From the NCBI GenBank assembly GCA_963528645.1, contig CAURVH010000007.1:28-64027 (forward strand): DNA of 64,000 bases, read 5' to 3'. A model generated the notes under the pieces. The model made no database searches. It was not told the origin of the DNA and saw nothing but the letters and a program-made list of their open reading frames with translations. Position numbers and translations under genes: made by a program. How positions within the stretch are numbered: the first letter of the stretch is position 1; the number at the start of each line of letters is the position of its first letter. This document shows positions 44,309 through 54,586 of this stretch, one piece after another. The stretch comes from an uncultured bacterium (GTDB lineage Bacteria > Bacillota > Bacilli > Lactobacillales > Streptococcaceae).

Positions 44309-47300
44309 TTAATCTTCTCTCTTTTTCAAAGCTACAAGTCCATAGGCACTCATCACTCCGAGAAGTCCCAGTGCTACCAGACCAGTATCTGTTTCTAGTC
44401 CAGTATTTGGAAGTTCTTTGCTTGCTACTTCAACTTTTGCTGGTACAGCTAAAGGCGTTTGCTCCATTGTTTGTGAGACTTGCTCTTCTTTCGTTCCTAC
44501 TTCAACAATTTCTGGGATAGATTCCTTGAGAACTTCAGTCGAACGAAGGGTGTGATTACCTTGGGAATCAACTTCTACAAAGTGACGAACTTGGCCTTCA
44601 ACTCCTGCCTGCACAACACGACGTTGACCTTTGAGGAGATCTGAATTTAGTCGTTCTTGACGTTCGAAGGCAAGTGGTTTTTCTTCAATTTCAAGAGTTG
44701 GTTTCTCGTGAACTAGATCTTTTTCACCTTCAGCTGGCTGGTTACTTGAGAGAACTTTTGTTCCAACTTCAGTGATTTCTGGGATTGCTTCCTTAACAAC
44801 CTCAGTCGAACGAAGAGTGCGTTTACCTTGAGTATCTACTTCTACTAGACGACGAATTTGGCCTTCCTCTCCTTTTTGGACAAGTTGACGTTGACCTTTG
44901 AGGAGGGTTGCATTTTGTCTTTCTTGACGTTCAAAGGCTGTTGTTTCAGTTTCAATAACTAGTTCAGGGAGAGCCTCAACCGTTGGAGCCACTTCATTTG
45001 GATCCATACTTCCAACATGGTGACTTTCTTCTGCAGGAGCTAGTTTCTTATTCAGCTTTTCTTTCATGTCCGCAAAAGCTTGTGGAGTTGGCATCTCTGA
45101 AGCCAACAAAGTTTCTGCTTGTTCAATCAACTCAGCTTTAGGATATTTTTCACGGACGGATTCGAGCAAGCCTTCCAATTCTTCTCTAGCTGTCTGATAA
45201 CGTTGATTTCCATCCAGGTCTGCTCCTGCTTGTTTCAACTCATTCAAAGCCCGGTTGACTTCTTCTTGGCTAGCATTATGATTTTCTGCTACAGCTTTCG
45301 CTGCATTGAGCTTCTCTACTAGTGCTGCTTGTTTGTCCTCACTTGAGAAGGTGTAGGCAAGGGTTGACTGACGGCCTTGAGCAGCAGTGATTTCTTGTTT
45401 GAGGTACTCATCGTTGACAGCTGCTTTTGGAGAAACCAAGACATCAAACTCAGCGGCGTGCCCCTTGTAATGCAAGGTCAAGGTCTGACGACCAGTCTTT
45501 TGAGCATCGTAGCCCGTAATTTCAACACCTTGATCTGTGAAGGCATGGCTTTCTTCTGTCTCATCATCATAGAGAACACCGAAGCGACCTTCGACAAGAT
45601 CCAGTTGCTCTCCTACTAGATAATCCGTTTTCGGTTTCTGAGTAATGTACAGACCTGCTACTTCTTTTGGTTTTCCTTCATCTTGACCAGTCACTTGTAC
45701 CTTCAAGTCACCAGTAACTGGAAGTCCAAGGTAGCTGACTGTGAGCTTTTGTTCACCTTTTTGATGAGCGTTGTAGCCAGATACTGTCACACCTGAGTGA
45801 GTCAGGTTGATCAGCTCATCGGCTTGTCCCCCTTCGTATTGAACACGGAGTGTTCCGCCTCTGAGATCAAGTTTTTCTCCCTCTTTGTAAACCGTCTTCT
45901 TAGGTCCTTTTTCAAGGCTAACTGCAGCAATTTTCCTCTCATCCTGTGGAATCGCTACTGCCAAGGTATTGCTGATTTCTTTGCCAGGGAGTTGGGTACG
46001 ATAGTAGAGGAGAGTTGGTTGTTTGTCAAAGGCCAATGGTGCTGTTGCTAGGTCGCCTCCAGTTTCAGTCTTTAAAGTTGCAATCGGTGTTTGTGAATCA
46101 GCCTTGTCGTAAACGGTGATGGTTGCACCTGCTGGAACATCAGAGAAGCCAAGTTGAACTTGATGATTTCCAAGTGAACGGGCAGCTACCTTAGCCATTG
46201 GAATATTTTGACTTTCTGTATCTAGTGTTTCGTACATCTTCCAGTTGTAGATACGAATGGCTTTCCAAGGTGTTCCATTATCAGATGTAATGACATGCAA
46301 ACGCCAGTCTTGGGCAGTGATTGGTTTATCCAGAGTGATATCCGTAACGTGCGCTTTATTGCCACGGACCTCCTTAGCTAGCTTCCACTCACCATCTGTA
46401 TCCTTGTAGTAAAGATCAAAGTCCTTGGTATTCATCAAACCATCGTTAACAGATTCTCCACCAGCTCCCGCATGATCCATGACCCATCTAACAACGGTAC
46501 GTGGCTTGGTCAAGCGAATATCCACACTACCGCTCAACTGAGCTGAAGACCACTTGTCTGACAGGCTAGTAATGGTACCGTTCAACATACCTTCAATACC
46601 TTCTCCACCTTCAGTATTTGGGAAAGTGCTACCGATAACCTTTGCACCTGGAACGATATTTTCAGCTAAAGGTCTTGGAAGAGTCGTATCCTGAACTGTC
46701 ATCCCCCAGTTAAAGGATGCCGTCGCAGCTTCGGAACGGAGGCCATTTTTACCTACTGCAACGACTTTCAGTTCCTGAGTCCTACCAGTCGCATTAGCAG
46801 AACGGCTAACTTTTGGCAAGTAGATGGTTGAAGCAGATGATCCTGTCAACAAACGCCAGTTATCCCCATCTTTTTCGTAGACTTCATAGAAATCCGCATC
46901 TTGGTTACCAGCAAATTGGACCACTGCTTCAGCTTCTTGGGCATTCTTGAGAGATTGTTTCACCACAGATAGCCCCGTCGGCGCTTGTGGTGCTTGGTGA
47001 TTGTCTGAAATTGTTAATTGACCTAGGTTGAACTGATAATCTTTTACAGCTCCTTCATGCTCGAAGAAGAGTTTGACTGCATAGATGGTTTTTCCAGCTA
47101 GTGAGCTGAGGTCAAATTCTTCATTCTTCCAGTCATCAGAGAGAGTTAGTTCTTTCCATGCGTCTGCATCCTCAAATTTGTAGTCTGGAGTCGTAGAAAA
47201 AGCTATATAAACTTTAGAGCCTTTTCCTCCCTTATGGGCAACACGAAGTTTGGTGTTTTCAGTTACTTCTAGTTTGGTAGAATACAAATTCACATCCTGG

Positions 47301-48997
47301 TCCGTCTTACCAGCTACATCACCTGAGAATTTAAGAGAGTTCCCCCCATTATAGGCATCTGTAAAGTCGTATTCTGCACGAAGTTTTTCCCCCGTTGAAG
47401 TCTGCCACCAGCGCCATGTTGGCAAGACACCAGAAACAGAACGGTAGTTCCACTCAGAATCCTTAGAAACTTTGCCGTCTACAAACCATTTTCTACCGTG
47501 ACCTGTATTAAAGGAGGTCGTGAAGGTCCGGCCCACTGCTGGTGTGCGATCAGCAACCAAATTGGCAATCCCATACCACTCTTTGTCCGCTGGTTTTTGA
47601 GCCGTTGGATCTCCTTGGTAACCTGTAAAGAAGATATCTTCGTTCTTGTGGTAATCTTCCCCTGTTTTTCCTAGACTGGTAATCGTATCTGGTGCAAAGA
47701 GTCCAAGTGACAAACGCAACTTGCCTTTTTCATCTAAGAGGGCATCCCATTTGACTTTGGTCTTATAAGAACCACCTTGTTGCAATTCCAAGCCTGCAAA
47801 GACATCATATTGGCTACGTTCTAGCCATTTTGCCATCTCTACGGAGTGATCATTCTTTTCCTTGTTCCAGTTGAAGTTGGCGAAGAATTGATCTGCAGGG
47901 ACCTTGTCTCCTTCTTTTTGCATAAACTGGTAGTTGTAATCACCTAGGCCATCTTCGTGGTAACGACCGTATTTGTAGGTCATGGCATCGTACCAAGCAT
48001 ACTTGATTGGATGGTTGACTTTAGCTGCGTATTCTTTTGTATAGAGCATGAATTGGCGCATTTTTTCACCAAGAGGTTCTACCAATTCACCCGTTGTTTC
48101 CTGGTTGATGAAATAGCCATCAAAGCCATAGTACTTAGCAAGATCGACAAGTTTTCTTGCGATAGGGAAGGTACCATCTGCATCTTGTTTCAAGGCAGCG
48201 GCAAACTTCTCTTGGTCGGCAATGCTGTTTGACCAGTTGAAAAAGAGGGTTCCATAAACGGGAACTCCGTTGCGGTGACCGGCATCAATGACATCTGGAG
48301 TTGGAACTAGACCTTCCCAGAAGACCATTGAATCCAAGTATTGCCAGTAATCAAAAGCATAGGCCTTGAATTCTTCTCCACCAACAGAAGCGTGGTCTTT
48401 AGCCTTTGAGTTGGTGTTTGCTAGCGCTTGAACCTTGGCTCTTCTGCTTGCTTTTTCATTAACCAACTGACCTCTATGGCGCTTAGCGAGTTCAACTGAG
48501 GAACGGTTAATGGGATCATCCTCACGCGCACCCGGTTCCCATTTCAACAAATCCTCCCAAGTATCAAATTTGATTTCTTTTGGTCGAAGACTCTTTTCTT
48601 CATTTTTAGGAACGTCTGCTAGAGTCGGTTTGTCGGCTTTCTTCTCAGCTACTTGAGGCACTTCCTCTGGTTTGACTTCTTCTTTTTCAGTTTTATCTGT
48701 CGGAGTTGGCTTTGCTTCTTCTTTTTCATTAACCAGACCCGTTATTGCTGGAGTGTTTTCTAAAATTGGTTGCTCAGCTACTTTATTCTCTGTTTCCGAT
48801 AATTGTTTTTCGAGGGCTGTGGTGTCTGGATTAGTTGATTCACTAGCACTTGTATTGGCAACTGTCTCAGGGACTGTAACCTGTTCGGCAAGAGCTGGGC
48901 TCGCAAATAGAGCTGATCCAATCATTAAGGAACAAGCCCCGATTGACAACTTACGAATACTGTAACGGCAAAGTTTTTCAAAAAATAGATCTTTCAT
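44309..48997 (-). CDS. Cell-wall-anchored endo-beta-N-acetylglucosaminidase (GH85, EndoD-type)
   Basis: YSIRK signal, FDGYFINQE catalytic motif, CBM-like and Ig-like modules, two G5-like repeats, LPNTG anchor. Confidence 0.93.
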   Translation of the reverse strand: MKDLFFEKLCRYSIRKLSIGACSLMIGSALFASPALAEQVTVPETVANTSASESTNPDTTALEKQLSETENKVAEQPILENTPAITGLVNEKEEAKPTPTDKTEKEEVKPEEVPQVAEKKADKPTLADVPKNEEKSLRPKEIKFDTWEDLLKWEPGAREDDPINRSSVELAKRHRGQLVNEKASRRAKVQALANTNSKAKDHASVGGEEFKAYAFDYWQYLDSMVFWEGLVPTPDVIDAGHRNGVPVYGTLFFNWSNSIADQEKFAAALKQDADGTFPIARKLVDLAKYYGFDGYFINQETTGELVEPLGEKMRQFMLYTKEYAAKVNHPIKYAWYDAMTYKYGRYHEDGLGDYNYQFMQKEGDKVPADQFFANFNWNKEKNDHSVEMAKWLERSQYDVFAGLELQQGGSYKTKVKWDALLDEKGKLRLSLGLFAPDTITSLGKTGEDYHKNEDIFFTGYQGDPTAQKPADKEWYGIANLVADRTPAVGRTFTTSFNTGHGRKWFVDGKVSKDSEWNYRSVSGVLPTWRWWQTSTGEKLRAEYDFTDAYNGGNSLKFSGDVAGKTDQDVNLYSTKLEVTENTKLRVAHKGGKGSKVYIAFSTTPDYKFEDADAWKELTLSDDWKNEEFDLSSLAGKTIYAVKLFFEHEGAVKDYQFNLGQLTISDNHQAPQAPTGLSVVKQSLKNAQEAEAVVQFAGNQDADFYEVYEKDGDNWRLLTGSSASTIYLPKVSRSANATGRTQELKVVAVGKNGLRSEAATASFNWGMTVQDTTLPRPLAENIVPGAKVIGSTFPNTEGGEGIEGMLNGTITSLSDKWSSAQLSGSVDIRLTKPRTVVRWVMDHAGAGGESVNDGLMNTKDFDLYYKDTDGEWKLAKEVRGNKAHVTDITLDKPITAQDWRLHVITSDNGTPWKAIRIYNWKMYETLDTESQNIPMAKVAARSLGNHQVQLGFSDVPAGATITVYDKADSQTPIATLKTETGGDLATAPLAFDKQPTLLYYRTQLPGKEISNTLAVAIPQDERKIAAVSLEKGPKKTVYKEGEKLDLRGGTLRVQYEGGQADELINLTHSGVTVSGYNAHQKGEQKLTVSYLGLPVTGDLKVQVTGQDEGKPKEVAGLYITQKPKTDYLVGEQLDLVEGRFGVLYDDETEESHAFTDQGVEITGYDAQKTGRQTLTLHYKGHAAEFDVLVSPKAAVNDEYLKQEITAAQGRQSTLAYTFSSEDKQAALVEKLNAAKAVAENHNASQEEVNRALNELKQAGADLDGNQRYQTAREELEGLLESVREKYPKAELIEQAETLLASEMPTPQAFADMKEKLNKKLAPAEESHHVGSMDPNEVAPTVEALPELVIETETTAFERQERQNATLLKGQRQLVQKGEEGQIRRLVEVDTQGKRTLRSTEVVKEAIPEITEVGTKVLSSNQPAEGEKDLVHEKPTLEIEEKPLAFERQERLNSDLLKGQRRVVQAGVEGQVRHFVEVDSQGNHTLRSTEVLKESIPEIVEVGTKEEQVSQTMEQTPLAVPAKVEVASKELPNTGLETDTGLVALGLLGVMSAYGLVALKKRED

Positions 48998-49103
48998 CTT
49001 ATCCTCCTAATAAAATATAAAGTAAGCGCTTCACTCTTTTGATAAAAAGTAACTGTTCTCAGTGCACACCACCAGAACAGGATCATCTTCATTTTATCCT
49101 ATA

Positions 49104-49117
49104 TGAAAGCGATGTCA
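49104..49117. promoter_or_regulatory. cre (CcpA) site overlapping the -35 of the GH85 gene
   Basis: TGAAAGCGATGTCA matches TGWNANCGNTNWCA; second cre-like AGTAAGCGCTTCAC at 49021-49034. Confidence 0.7.
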
Positions 49118-49338
49118 ATCTATTTTACGCATAAACTATAACTAGGATAAGAAACGGTTTAATTTGGATATAATCCTTGCAGACATTTATACTTGAGGTA
49201 AGAACTATATTTAAGGAAGAAATTTAAAAAAGTTAGCGATTTCTTACTAAAATATCAAGAAAACACTTGTGGGATTTCCTATTATCCTTTAAAATAGAAT
49301 AGGAGAAATTCCGTTATTATTTTTCGGAGGAAAAAGAA

Positions 49339-50970
49339 ATGTCCATTAATTGGCAGGAAATTTTATTTCACTTTTTAGGAGGTCTAGGACTGTTTTTATA
49401 CAGTATCAAGACCATGGGGGACGGTTTGCAACAAGCTGCTGGAGATCGCCTTCGTTTTTACATTGACAAGTACACCAGCAATCCCTTTTTAGGTGTTCTA
49501 GTTGGGATTGTCGTGACCGCCCTGATTCAGTCAAGTACAGGGGTTACAGTTATTACGGTTGGGCTGGTCAGCGCTAGTCTTCTAACTCTTAGACAGGCTA
49601 TCGGAATTATCATGGGAGCCAACATCGGAACCACTGTTACTTCCTTTATCATCGGTTTCAAACTAGGCGAGTATGCTTTACCCTTGATTTTCCTTGGAAC
49701 CATGTTCCTCTTCTTTACAAAAAACAGAACAGCAAACAATATCGGGCGCATACTGTTTGGTGTCGGGGGAATCTTCTACGCCCTCAACCTCATCAGTGCC
49801 GGTATGAGCCCACTTAAAGATTTACCACAATTCAAGGAATATATGGTAACCTTGGGACAAAATCCTATTTTAGGAGTAGTAGCTGGTGCAGTGATTACCG
49901 TCCTCATTCAGGCCTCTTCGGCTACAATCGGGATTTTGCAAGGCCTCTATGCAGGTGGCTTCCTCGACCTTAAAGGTTCACTACCAGTTCTCTTCGGGGA
50001 TAATATCGGGACAACCCTAACCGTTATCATCGCGGCAGCTGGAGCCAATGTCTCTGCAAAACGCGTTGCAGCAACCCACGTTACCTTTAACGTTCTAGGG
50101 ACTATTCTTTGCTTAATCTTATTAGGCCCCTTCACTGCTATGATCGAGTACTTCCAGGCACTTCTTCACCTCTCACCTGAGATGACGATCGCCTTCTCTC
50201 ACGGTGCCTTTAACGTAAGTAACACCATTGTACAATTTCCATTCATCGGAGCCTTGGCCTACTTTGTAACCAAGCTCATCCCTGGTGAAGACGAGGTTGT
50301 CAAGTACGAGCCCCTTTATCTCGACGAACAACTTATCCAACAATCTCCTTCTATCGCTCTAGGAAATGCCAAAAAAGAACTTTTGCACTTGGGGAACTAT
50401 GCAGCAAAAGCTTTTGACCTTTCTTATAACTATATCATCGGTTTGGATGAAAAGGTAGCTGAAAAAGGGCACAAGACAGAGGAAGCCATCAACACCATTG
50501 ATGAAAAACTCACTCGTTACCTCATCAGGCTCTCAAGCGAATCCTTGAGCCAAAAGGAAAGCGAAGTGTTGACTAACATCCTTGATTCATCTCGTGATTT
50601 GGAACGGATTGGGGACCACGCAGAAGGGTTGCTCAACCTAACAGACTACCTCCAACGCAAAGATGTTCATTTCTCTGAAGCTGCTCTAGAGGAATTAGCT
50701 GATATCTATCAAAAAACTACTGCATTTATCAAAGATGCCCTTGATAGTGTGGAAAACAATGATATTGAAAAAGCTCAAAGTCTGATTGAACGCCATAAAG
50801 AAATCAACAATATGGAACGTATTCTCAGAAAGACCCACATCAAACGCCTTAACAAGGGTGAGTGTTCAACACAAGCTGGGGTCAACTTTATCGACATCAT
50901 TTCCCACTACACTCGTGTGTCTGACCATGCTATGAACCTAGCTGAAAAGGTCATCGCTGAACAAATCTAA
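49339..50970 (+). CDS. nptA: Na+/phosphate cotransporter (NptA family, PhoU domains)
   Basis: QSS and GANIGTT repeats, DLERIGDHA. Confidence 0.9.
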   Translation: MSINWQEILFHFLGGLGLFLYSIKTMGDGLQQAAGDRLRFYIDKYTSNPFLGVLVGIVVTALIQSSTGVTVITVGLVSASLLTLRQAIGIIMGANIGTTVTSFIIGFKLGEYALPLIFLGTMFLFFTKNRTANNIGRILFGVGGIFYALNLISAGMSPLKDLPQFKEYMVTLGQNPILGVVAGAVITVLIQASSATIGILQGLYAGGFLDLKGSLPVLFGDNIGTTLTVIIAAAGANVSAKRVAATHVTFNVLGTILCLILLGPFTAMIEYFQALLHLSPEMTIAFSHGAFNVSNTIVQFPFIGALAYFVTKLIPGEDEVVKYEPLYLDEQLIQQSPSIALGNAKKELLHLGNYAAKAFDLSYNYIIGLDEKVAEKGHKTEEAINTIDEKLTRYLIRLSSESLSQKESEVLTNILDSSRDLERIGDHAEGLLNLTDYLQRKDVHFSEAALEELADIYQKTTAFIKDALDSVENNDIEKAQSLIERHKEINNMERILRKTHIKRLNKGECSTQAGVNFIDIISHYTRVSDHAMNLAEKVIAEQI

Positions 50971-50976
50971 TAAACT

Positions 50977-51006
50977 AAAAGCTATCCTGAATGGGATAGC
51001 TTTTTC
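50977..51006 (+). terminator. nptA terminator
   Basis: AAAAGCTATCC-TGAATG-GGATAGCTTTTT. Confidence 0.85.
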
Positions 51007-51066
51007 GTCTCCTCATCAAGAATGTCTTTTCTGACATATAAAAAAATGCTTTGATTCACAGTGGAA

Positions 51067-51362
51067 TCAAAGCATTTTAAAGAGTTTTCCAAACATGATA
51101 GCAGAAACTGCAGTGCCTCTGTACTTGGCTTCTTCTCTTTTGATAAAGCGCGCCAAATTGATCAATTCAGGTGCTGGATGTTTGGGATTTCTGAACAGTT
51201 CAAGATTGACCAGACCCGAGAGTCGGACTGCTAGCAATTGTTCATTTGTAGTAGGTAGTTTTTAGCAGTCTCTAGGAGAGCAGCAACTAAATCTTCACTC
51301 AAGCCCTGACGAGCATGATTGTAGAGATCTCTTATAAGGCTTTCTAGGTTTGGTTCTGCCAT
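51067..51362 (-). pseudogene. Bacteriocin immunity protein (EntA-immunity-like four-helix type), frameshifted
   Basis: GGGAGG RBS; MAEPNLESLIRDLYNH...ETAK; adding one A to the A5 run (51259-51263) restores a 98-aa frame ending ...KYRGTAVSAIMFGKLFKML*. Confidence 0.75.
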
Positions 51363-51382
51363 CCTGACCACCTCCCTTATGT

Positions 51383-52447
51383 TTAATAATTTTTAATCAA
51401 ATCAACCGTTGAACGATCTAATTTTTTCACCAAGGCTTGTAAGAAAGCTTGGGCTTCTAAGAAGTCATCCATCGCGTAGAGAGTTTGGTGAGAATGGATA
51501 TAACGGGCACAAACACCGATAGTTGTAGATGGGACACCACCATTTTTCAGATGAGCTGCTCCAGCGTCTGTTCCACCTTTTCCACAGTAGTATTGGTACT
51601 TAATACCAGCTTCTTCAGCCGTTGTCAAAAGGAAATCCTTCATACCTGGGAGGAGCAAGTGGCCTGGATCGTAGAAGCGAATCAATGTTCCATCCCCAAT
51701 CTTGCCTTGGCCACCATAAACATCACCAGCAGGTGAACAGTCAACTGCCAGAAAAACTTCTGGGTCAAACTTAGTTGTAGAAGTATGAGCCCCACGAAGT
51801 CCAACTTCTTCTTGGACGTTTGAGCCAAGATAGAGTTCATTTCCGAGCTTTTGACCTGATAAAGCTTCAGCTAGCTCGCTTACCATGAGAACACCGTAGC
51901 GATTATCCCAAGCTTTTGAGATGATATTTTTTTCATTGGCTGTCAAGATAGCGGAACTATCAGGGACAATGGTGTCACCCGGACGGATGCCAAAACTTTC
52001 TGCTTCAGCCTTGTCTGCAAACCCACCATCAAAAATGATATCTGAAATAGCTGGCATAGTTGGCCCACCTGTTCCACGTGTCAAATGTGGAGGGACAGAT
52101 CCTGAAATCACTGGGATTTCACGACCGTCGCGAGTAAAGAGTTTAAAGCGTTGGCTGCTGACCACCATAGGGTTCCAGCCACCGATTTCAACGACACGGA
52201 AAGTACCATCTGGCTTAATCTCGCTGACCATAAAACCAACTTCATCCATGTGAGAAGCGACTAAGACGCGTGGTGCATCCGCAGCTTCTGAATGTTTAAT
52301 TCCGAAAATACCACCCAAGCCATCTGTCACCACTTCATCCACGTGCGGTGTCAACTTTTCACGAAGATAAGCACGAACAGGCGCTTCATGACCTGAGATC
52401 GCAGCAAGTTCTGTTACTTCTTTGATTTTTGAAAATAATGTTGTCAT
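51383..52447 (-). CDS. pepA: Glutamyl aminopeptidase (M42)
   Basis: SHMDEVG, KAWDNR, QEEVG, GGTDAG, YIHS. Confidence 0.96.
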   Translation of the reverse strand: MTTLFSKIKEVTELAAISGHEAPVRAYLREKLTPHVDEVVTDGLGGIFGIKHSEAADAPRVLVASHMDEVGFMVSEIKPDGTFRVVEIGGWNPMVVSSQRFKLFTRDGREIPVISGSVPPHLTRGTGGPTMPAISDIIFDGGFADKAEAESFGIRPGDTIVPDSSAILTANEKNIISKAWDNRYGVLMVSELAEALSGQKLGNELYLGSNVQEEVGLRGAHTSTTKFDPEVFLAVDCSPAGDVYGGQGKIGDGTLIRFYDPGHLLLPGMKDFLLTTAEEAGIKYQYYCGKGGTDAGAAHLKNGGVPSTTIGVCARYIHSHQTLYAMDDFLEAQAFLQALVKKLDRSTVDLIKNY

Positions 52448-52588
52448 ATCAGTTCCTTCTTTCTGTCCTCCATTTTACCACTTTTTATAGGAGAAGGATA
52501 GTAGGAAATTGGATTAGTTTTTACTAGTTTATCCTATAAAATAGAGGGATAGATATTATTTCAGAAATTTTTCTTTCTTTTTACATTA

Positions 52589-52603
52589 AATTGTCAGAAA
52601 ATT
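52589..52603. promoter_or_regulatory. CodY box just upstream of the piu promoter -35 (TTGACA 52606-52611)
   Basis: AATTGTCAGAAAATT, 1 mismatch to AATTTTCWGAAAATT. Confidence 0.75.
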
Positions 52604-52680
52604 TATTGACAGATTAAAAAAATCGTGTTACATTATCTCCAAGGGTATTTTTATACCAAATCTACATGAAAGGATGGGGT

Positions 52681-53640
52681 ATGAAACTCTCTCATATTTT
52701 AACAGGCTTACTTCTACTCCTGGTCTTTCTCTCCATTAGTATTGGAACCAGTGATTTTTCTTGGGAAAAATTCTTTGCTTTTGACCAACAGACTTGGCTT
52801 CTCTTTCAAGAGTCGCGTCTTCCAAGAACCATTAGCATTCTCCTTGCAGCCTCCAGTATGAGCATGGCAGGACTCCTCATGCAGACCATTACTCAAAATC
52901 AGTTTGCTGCTCCGAGTACAGTCGGAACGACAGAAGCCGCTAAACTGGGAATGGTGTTAAGCCTCTTTGTCTTTCCGTCTGCGAGTCTGACCCAAAAGAT
53001 GCTCTTTGCTTTTGGCTCATCCATTTTATTTACCCTCTTCTTCCTTTCCTTTATGACTCTTTTTTCTATAAAGGAAAGGTGGATGTTGCCTCTGATTGGG
53101 ATCATTTATAGCGGGATTATCGGTTCTATCACAGAAGTTATCGCCTATCGTTTCAATCTGGTTCAGAGTATGACGGCTTGGACCCAGGGTTCCTTCTACA
53201 TGATTCAGACCCATCAGTATGAGTGGCTCTTCTTAAGCCTACTTATCCTAATTGCCGTTTGGAAATTGTCCCAAACCTTTACCATCATGAATCTAGGAAA
53301 AGAAACCAGCGAGAGTTTGGGGATTTCCTACTCCCTACTTGAAAAGCTAGCCCTCTTTCTGGTGGCGCTAACGACAAGTGTCACCATGATTACCGTGGGT
53401 GGCTTGCCCTTTCTCGGGGTCATCGTTCCCAATCTTGTTCGCAAGCGCTATGGAGATAATCTAAGTCAAACCAAACTGATCGTCGCACTGGTCGGCGCCA
53501 ATCTGGTTCTGGTCTGCGATATCCTATCCCGAGTTCTGATTCATCCCTACGAGCTATCTGTCAGTCTCCTACTAGGAATCATCGGCAGCCTCGTCTTTAT
53601 CCTGCTTCTATGGAGAGGGGGACAAAAGGATGCAGTCTAA
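52681..53640 (+). CDS. piuB: Iron-siderophore ABC permease
   Basis: SRLPRT, MQTITQNQFAAPS; FecCD family. Confidence 0.88.
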   Translation: MKLSHILTGLLLLLVFLSISIGTSDFSWEKFFAFDQQTWLLFQESRLPRTISILLAASSMSMAGLLMQTITQNQFAAPSTVGTTEAAKLGMVLSLFVFPSASLTQKMLFAFGSSILFTLFFLSFMTLFSIKERWMLPLIGIIYSGIIGSITEVIAYRFNLVQSMTAWTQGSFYMIQTHQYEWLFLSLLILIAVWKLSQTFTIMNLGKETSESLGISYSLLEKLALFLVALTTSVTMITVGGLPFLGVIVPNLVRKRYGDNLSQTKLIVALVGANLVLVCDILSRVLIHPYELSVSLLLGIIGSLVFILLLWRGGQKDAV

Positions 53641-54586
53641 AAGCAAACATACCAAGCTCTTCTGGCTTCTCATTATTCTGGCCATCGGAGCTTGTATCCT
53701 CTACTTTTGGCCTATCACTAACCTGTCTGCCTTTGCCTGGAAGCTGCGTTCCCAGAAAATCATCGTTTATCTCTTGGTAGCCATCGCGACAGGGATTTCG
53801 ACCATTAGTTTTCAAACCCTGACGGAAAATCGCTTTCTGACGCCAAGTATTTTGGGTATCGAATCCTTCTATGTCCTGCTGCAGACCCTACTACTGATAT
53901 TTGAAAGCAAATTTCTTCAGCTTGGGAAGTCTCCTGTCTTAGAATTTCTAGTCTTGCTTCTGCTTCAATCCCTCTTCTTTCTCGCCTTACAAGGCTACTT
54001 GAAGACGCTGATGAAGCAAGATCTGGTCTTCATTCTGCTAATCTGTCTAGCTCTCGGAAGTCTCTTTCGAAATATCAGTACCTTCCTCCAAGTCCTGATG
54101 GATCCAAATGAATACGATAAACTGCAGAACAGTCTCTTTGCCTCCTTTCAACATCTCAACACTTCCATCCTAGCCGTCGGTTCTTTGATCATCCTCGCTT
54201 TGACAATCTTTTTCTTTCGAAAAGCAGTCATTCTGGATGTCTTGCACCTGCAAAGAGAAACGGCTCAGATACTGGGACTCGATGTTGAAAAAGAACAGAG
54301 AGAACTCCTCTGGGGCATCGTGCTTTTGACCTCAACAGCGACTGCCTTGGTAGGGCCTATGGCCTTCTTCGGCTTTATGCTGGCCAATCTCACTTACCTG
54401 ATTGTCAAAGATTATCGACACAAGTTGCTCTTTATCGTAGCCATTCTGATTGGATTTATTAGTTTGACCTTGGGGCAAGCCCTGATCGAACGAGTCTTTG
54501 CACTGGAAATTCGCATCAACATGATTATTGAGAGCGTTGGAGGTATCTTATTCTTTATCTTACTTTATAGGAGGGCGCGTCGGTGA
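53630..54586 (+). CDS. piuC: Iron-siderophore ABC permease
   Basis: FQTLTENRFLTPSILG; FecCD family. Confidence 0.88.
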   Translation: MQSKSKHTKLFWLLIILAIGACILYFWPITNLSAFAWKLRSQKIIVYLLVAIATGISTISFQTLTENRFLTPSILGIESFYVLLQTLLLIFESKFLQLGKSPVLEFLVLLLLQSLFFLALQGYLKTLMKQDLVFILLICLALGSLFRNISTFLQVLMDPNEYDKLQNSLFASFQHLNTSILAVGSLIILALTIFFFRKAVILDVLHLQRETAQILGLDVEKEQRELLWGIVLLTSTATALVGPMAFFGFMLANLTYLIVKDYRHKLLFIVAILIGFISLTLGQALIERVFALEIRINMIIESVGGILFFILLYRRARR

